Shown: in pieces, positions 58,192-64,000 of the stretch
Layout of the letters: each line of letters starts with the position of its first letter
Position numbering within the stretch: position 1 is the first letter of the stretch
DNA from: Azolla caroliniana
Lineage: Eukaryota; Plantae; Polypodiophyta
DNA length: 64,000 nucleotides
Reading direction: 5' to 3'
NCBI GenBank assembly: GCA_043228905.1
Contig: JBHGNT010000001.1
Location: 13,516,001 to 13,580,000 of the forward strand
Notes under the pieces: model-generated
The model's database searches: none
Seen by the model: only the letters and a program-made list of their open reading frames with translations
What the model was told of the DNA's origin: nothing
Translations under genes and position numbers: made by a program

Positions 58192-61100
58192 CCGGTTTGG
58201 TTGGCTCTGGCTCTAGCTCTGGCTTTCCTTTATGGTCGCTCTACCTGCGCTTCACAAGTCTCCGCTTCTTCGTCCTATCTGCACATGTCCATCCGTCCTC
58301 AGCTTCTTGAGTCGAACCAAAATCGAAATCGGTATCCTATTCGGCTTTTCGGGCATCTTATTTGTCGGTTCGATGCAGTTTGTTTTGACCATCTCTCCCC
58401 TTTTCATTCCCTTCAATCCTTCCCTAAAGTTCAGCATATCAAGGCGATGCACACCAAGCATGCTCGAAAAATTCCGCAACTCGTTGAGACCTAAGGGTTT
58501 GGTGAAGATGTCGGCCAGCTCTTGAGTAGTCAAAACATGCAACAGTTCCACTTCACCAGAGAGTACACGTTCACAAACAAAATGGTAATGCACCTCAATA
58601 TGCTTAGTTCAGGCGTGAAAGACAGGATTCTTCACTTAGTGGATGTTGCTATGGTTGTCGCAGTAGATCACAATCGGATCGGATACTGCCATTTGTAGAT
58701 CCTTCAGTAGCCTCTTGAGCCATATGACTTCGCATGCTGCGACAATTGCTCCTCGATACTCAGCCTCGGTGCTCAACAATGCTATTGCCGGCTGCTACTT
58801 ACTGTTGTAGGCGATCGCGATGCTTCCAAGTGAAAATGCGTAATTAGATGTAGACCTACGGTCACCAGCATTTCTGACCCAATCGGCATATATGTAGTCG
58901 ACAAGTTGTTTGGCTATAGAGGCCCGATACAACCCCTAATCCTTGGTGCCGTTAACATACCTGAGTATTTGGTGCACACACTGAAGATGGTCCACGATCG
59001 AATGTGCCATGAATTGACTAATCAATCTGATCGGAGAGCTGAGGTCCGACCAGATGATGGTCAAATATATAAGGCTTCTGACTATCTGTCAGAACCTTTT
59101 CGGGTCGCATGCCATTCTGGACTTGGGGCGAAGCTTAACATTTCAGTCTAGAGGAGTCAATAAGGACTTGCATTCTGTCATACCGAAACTGAAGGGCATA
59201 CTCAGCAAATAAGATCGGTATGACTTCGGGGGTGCGGATCACTTTGATCCCGAGGAAGTAACGAAGATCACTGAGATCCTTCATCTCAAATGATGCGGCT
59301 AGTTGGGACTTGACGTAGCCAATTTCTTCTAGATTGGCGTCAGCGATGACTAAATCATCAACATAAAGTAAGATACTAACTGGTTTGTTCTGACCCTACC
59401 AGATGAAAATTGAAGAGTCTGATTTCGACACAGCAAACCCCATCTGACGCCGTTGTTGCGTGATCTTCGCGTTCCAAGCATGCGGGTCTTGTGTTAGTCC
59501 ATAGAGGAACTTCTTCAGTCGGCAAATAGCCGACGTGTTCATTCCGGACTGAAATCTGGGGGGTTGAACCATGTATTTTGTTCCTTAAGGTCAGCTTGTA
59601 GGAACATATTTTTCACATCCATCTGATGTAGATACTGTGAAAGTGTTTTTTGAATCTAGGCCATTGGACATTAGAAGAATACAAGGTATGGTGTGTTCAC
59701 ATCCGGAGGACAAGATCACGAACCAACGTCTCAAGGATAAGTCAAATTAAAAGCAAGAAAGATGGAGAAAAGTAAAAGAAGAAAAAAGTGGGCACCAAAA
59801 TGCAGTCTGCAACGAACACTCATAACTCATTCGTTTGGAAGCCAAATATAATGTGAAAATATGAATTAGAAAGCTTGTGAAGAGAGCTATCCATAGCTTT
59901 TTAAATCTCTAAATTTAGAGCTTGGACGAGGGAGATATGATGATTTAAAGATCGATGTGTCATAGATAAGAATAGCACTCGATGAAAACTCTAAAAAAAA
60001 CATAAAAAAGAAAGCAAGGGAAGCTTATCTAGGGAAGAGAACTTTATATAAAGGAAGAAGAGTAAGGTATTAGGGGAGTCTCTTTCTTGTGATGTTTTCT
60101 TACCTATTCACGTAGTGTTGGTTGAGTTGTTATCAATTTATCCTTGTAGACTTGGATTTATGTATCTTCTTTCTCTCTTCCTTCCATCATAATTATTCAT
60201 TAGCAATATATCTTTGTGGTTTTGGGTCTTTTTATCTTCCTTATCTCTCCTTTCTATCATCTCTACCTCATCAGATACCACCCCTTCGCCACTGCCACCG
60301 CAAGCAAGACACGGACGGTCGTCATTTTTGCCACCAGCATGAATGCCTCATCATAATCGATGTCGTGTTGCTGCATGTAGCCCTTGGCCACGAATTGGGC
60401 CTTGTATCGGTCGACGGAGCCGTCAACATTGTACTTGAATTTATACACCCATCGGCAATTGATCAGCTTCACTCCTTTCAGTACGTCCACCAAGTCCCAC
60501 GTCTCATTCTCCGTGAGCGCATGCATCTGTTCCTCCATGGCCTTCTACCAGTTCGGATCCTTAGCCGTTTCTGCCTAGCTCCCCGGCTCACATACGGTTG
60601 CCACATTTTCCATGTACACATAATGATGCGCCATATATGCGTTATAAACATAGTGAACTACGGGATGCTTCTGATATATAGATCGGTACAATTTTTGGTA
60701 TGCCGATTTCTTGGCCCTCTCGGCCGATTTAGACCTTGTTTTTGGAGGTTCTTTCTTCCTCTTCCTAGAGTTGGATTCGCTCTATTCCGACTCTCCTTTG
60801 TTGGAAGCGTATTCCGGCATCTTTTGTTTTCCCTTTTCTTTGCGTGTGAACCATATCCTCGGTTCCTTGCTAGGGGAGAGCACAACCGAGTCTCCATTAC
60901 TCGTCGGCTCGTCATCCATTCGATTGCTCTGGCTCAACTAGTCCGGATTCAGTCCACTCAAATGGAGAGAAGTCCAATTTTTTTAATTCCTCTATATTTC
61001 TATCGGTTCTAGAATCTATTGCATCATTTTCAGCAATCGGCTTGGGTTCGGGTGATGTGAAGTACCAAGATGCCGATTCATCAAAAAGAACATCACGACT

Positions 61101-61473
61101 AGCTCGAACTTGCTTCGATCGGGGGTTGTAGCACTTGTACCCCTTCTGCTCGTTGGAGTAGCCAACTAAGATAAACTTCTCAACCTTGGCATCTAGCTTC
61201 TTCCACCTCTCATCTGGCACATGCACATAGGCAATGTTGCCAAATACCCGAACGTGTGCCAAGCTTGGCTTCCGTTGGAAATATAGTTTGTGCGGAGACA
61301 CCTTTGCCCCTAAGGCAGATACTCGATTCTATATGTAGACGAATGTCCAAATTGCTTCGGCCCAATAAATCCATGGGATGCACTTCTCTTCTAGCATCTC
61401 CCTTGCTGCTTATACCAACATCCGATTTTGATGTTCGGCCACACCGTTCTGCTCGAATGTGTATCTTCAGGAG
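58192..61473 (-). mobile_element. decayed copia (INT-RT-RNaseH), family of 9021-21616
   Basis: RVFGNIAYVHVP, ENETWDLVD, HYHFVCERV, ADIFTKPL. Confidence 0.9.
59636..60273. repeat. solo LTR
   Basis: TG..CA ends with 5-bp TSD GATAC; interrupts the copia RT. Confidence 0.9.
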
Positions 61474-62714
61474 AATTTCACCTCCAACTCCCATCCACTC
61501 CATTCCAATCTCAGAGGATGAGGCCAATGAGGCCAAAATGCCGCTTGTGGAAGAGGAAATAGGAACTCTAAAAGAGAGTCTGATCTCAGGGAAGATGAAG
61601 ATGCAATAATATGGCATCGAGGCTGAAATGTCGGATCCATGTGACTCTGACATGGCGAGAAGCAAGGAGGAAACTCCAGAAACGGGGTTGAAGTCGGACG
61701 AGAGGGCCACGAAATCGGCAAACTAGAAGTTGCGCCAATCCAGTCACTAGAAGAATCCCGTAATTCGGTACGGATACAATGAGTATATGGCGCATCATTA
61801 TGCATATATGGTGATGGTGGGCATGAGCCAGAGAGGTATGTAGAAGTGGTGAAACAAGCGAACTGGCATGCCGCTACAGAGGAAGAGATGTGCACCCTAA
61901 CGTAGATTGAGACTTGGGACCTGGCTGACGCCCCAAAGGGTGTGAAGACGATTGGATGCAGGTGGGTGTACAAGGTCAAGTACAACATTGACGGCTGGGC
62001 CAACAGTTATAAGGCCCGATTAGTGGCAAAGGGTGTAGAAACACGACATTGACTACAATGAGACCTTCGCGATGGATGCAAAGATGACAATTGTTTATTG
62101 CTGGCGGTAGTAGTGGCAAAGGGATGGCACTTGCATCAAATGGATGTAAATAATGTGTTCTTGCAAGGCGATCTTTTTGAATAGGTGTACATGGTACAAC
62201 CTCCCGGTTTTCTATCCAAACGAAACACCTCAGTAGTTTGTCGATTGAAGAAGTCGTTGTATGGACTGAAGCAAGCCCCGCATGCCTCAAACATGAAGAT
62301 CACACAAAGGTTGCTTAAGATGGGCTTTGCTCCATCAAAATCGGATTCTTCTTGAATAGGTGTACATGGTACAACCTCTCGGTTTTCTATCCAAATGAAA
62401 CACCTCAGTAGTTTGCCAATTGAAGAAGTCATTGTATGGACTGAAGTAAGCCCCGCATGCCTCAAACATGAAGATCACACAAAGGTTGCTTAAGATGGGC
62501 TTTGCTCCATCAAAATCGGATTCTTCATTCTTCGTTTGGCCGAGTTGGACTGAACCAATTAGTAATCTGCTATATGTCGATGATCTAGTCATCGTCAGTG
62601 CCGATCTCAGAGAAATCGGCCGAGTAAGGTCTTAGCTTGCAAAATCATTTGAAATGAAGGACCTCCGGGACCTTCATTACTTCCTCGAAACATGAGGCCG
62701 AGTATTGAGTGCCC
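61474..62714 (+). mobile_element. decayed copia RT fragment with a 175-bp tandem duplication (62177-62526)
   Basis: ETWDLAD, IGCRWVYK, LKKSLYGLKQAP (twice), LYVDDL. Confidence 0.85.
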
Positions 62715-62947
62715 TGTTGGGAATTCGGTTCCTCTGGATGGGATCCCAATAAGATTCGGACGAGTTGGATCGGACGACCCGAAGGAAGGAACCGAACCGG
62801 ACCGGAAGGTATCCAGATGGATCCGGTGTGAACCGGATTCAGGGACATATCTTCAAATATGTTTCTGGTGTGCCTATTATAGAAAGAAAGAAAGAAAGAA
62901 AGATATATTAACGTCTTCTAAGGCCAAATTTGGCCCATGAGACAATA
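62715..62947 (+). repeat. copia LTR 5' fragment
   Basis: tgttgggaa..cggt.cctctggatgggatccc resembles the reverse complement of 7130-7164. Confidence 0.7.
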
Positions 62948-64000
62948 TGTGGAATAATGCTCGGCCACAACCGAGTATTCAATCACTTCATTGAGAATTA
63001 CAAACACAGAAATAGGAATGTGGAGATAGATGCACGTATACACAAAGAAACTGTAAATAGGGTTAGAGTACACGAGATGTTAACGTGGAAAACCCTGAGA
63101 GGGAAAAACCACGAGAGCCCACAAACTCTGAACTATCACTATATCAAAGAATACAATAGGGGGCACAGAGGCAACGACCTCGTGCTCACACACTTCACCT
63201 AGTGGTTGTTATAGCAGAGAATCACTTTGTGTCTCTCACTCTTTCTCTCTCTGTTACGCTTTGTACAGCAGTTACAACAACAACACAATGAATGACCAAC
63301 CACACTACAAAGTGTTTGCCCTAAGTCATATTTATACTGATATGACTTTAGGACTATTTACAAATATAGCACCAATGGGCTCTCAGAGACATATTTACAT
63401 ATATGTCACTATATTCGGTGAGAGGTTCTAACTAGGCCTGCATCATCTGGTTCTCACCGGGTCTTCCTTGCAAAGTACACATCATCCGGTTCTCACTGGG
63501 CCTTCATCATCCCATTCGGAGAGACCAAAATCCTAACAAACTCCCCCTTCACTCTGGCATGGGATGTTTGGTTAGTCCAATTCGCTTCCGGCATGCATCC
63601 AGCTTGTCGGGTGTTAGCACTTTGGTCAGCATATTTGACCCGTTCTCCTTCGTGTGGATTTTCCTCAGCATGAACTCCCAATCTTCTAATCGCTCTCGGA
63701 TCCACTGGTACCTATACTGGATGTGCATTGTCCTAGAATGATAGGCAATGTTCTTTGCAAAGTGGATGGCACTCTGATTGTCGCAGTAGAGCCAAATCTG
63801 TGAAACCATCGAGTTGCGGTTTACCTAAGCCGAATTGGAGGCACATACTTGAAGTGCCCTTCAAATACCAGAGTATCCATTTTACCGCATTCCAATGCTC
63901 CTTGCCGGGATTGCTCATAAACCGGCTCACCACTCCGACTGCGTATCCGATATCCAATTGGGTACACACCATTTCATACATTAAGCTCCCGACGGTAGAG
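62948..64000 (-). mobile_element. Tnt1-like copia 3' LTR (62948-63538), PPT and RNaseH end
   Basis: KHPMPE* followed by PPT; the LTR shares ataatgctcggccaca with 4809; internal deletion near 63800. Confidence 0.9.

Overview
Eukaryotic, repeat-rich plant DNA. The TE repertoire and (AG)n tracts suggest a seed-free land plant such as a fern or lycophyte, but that is inference. The window has five zones. (1) 1-21.6 kb is a deep nest of decayed Ty1/copia and Ty3/gypsy-type LTR elements, including one full-length copia (10776-16208, TSD CCTTT) inside the LTR of a non-autonomous gypsy-type element (10663-21229, TSD CCGT). (2) 22-33 kb holds a DDE transposase pseudogene, a full-length short-LTR Ty3/gypsy element with a probable -1 frameshift (24484-29254) and an old chromovirus relic. 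(3) 35-48 kb is a small gene island: an orphan ORF, a MITE, an intronless Pif1 helicase and a repeat-rich, probably tail-anchored ~1425-aa orphan gene. (4) 49.5-56.4 kb holds a LINE relic, a gypsy gag and the most notable feature, an endonuclease-less Penelope-like retroelement on the minus strand. It has an uninterrupted RT ORF, a type I hammerhead ribozyme and 40-bp tandem repeats in its 3' region, TTAGGG-like hexamers at its 5' end, and a TATA box preceded by two long arrays of canonical heat-shock elements. (5) 56.4-64 kb is another LTR-element nest. All family assignments come from motif recognition by eye; no database searches were run.
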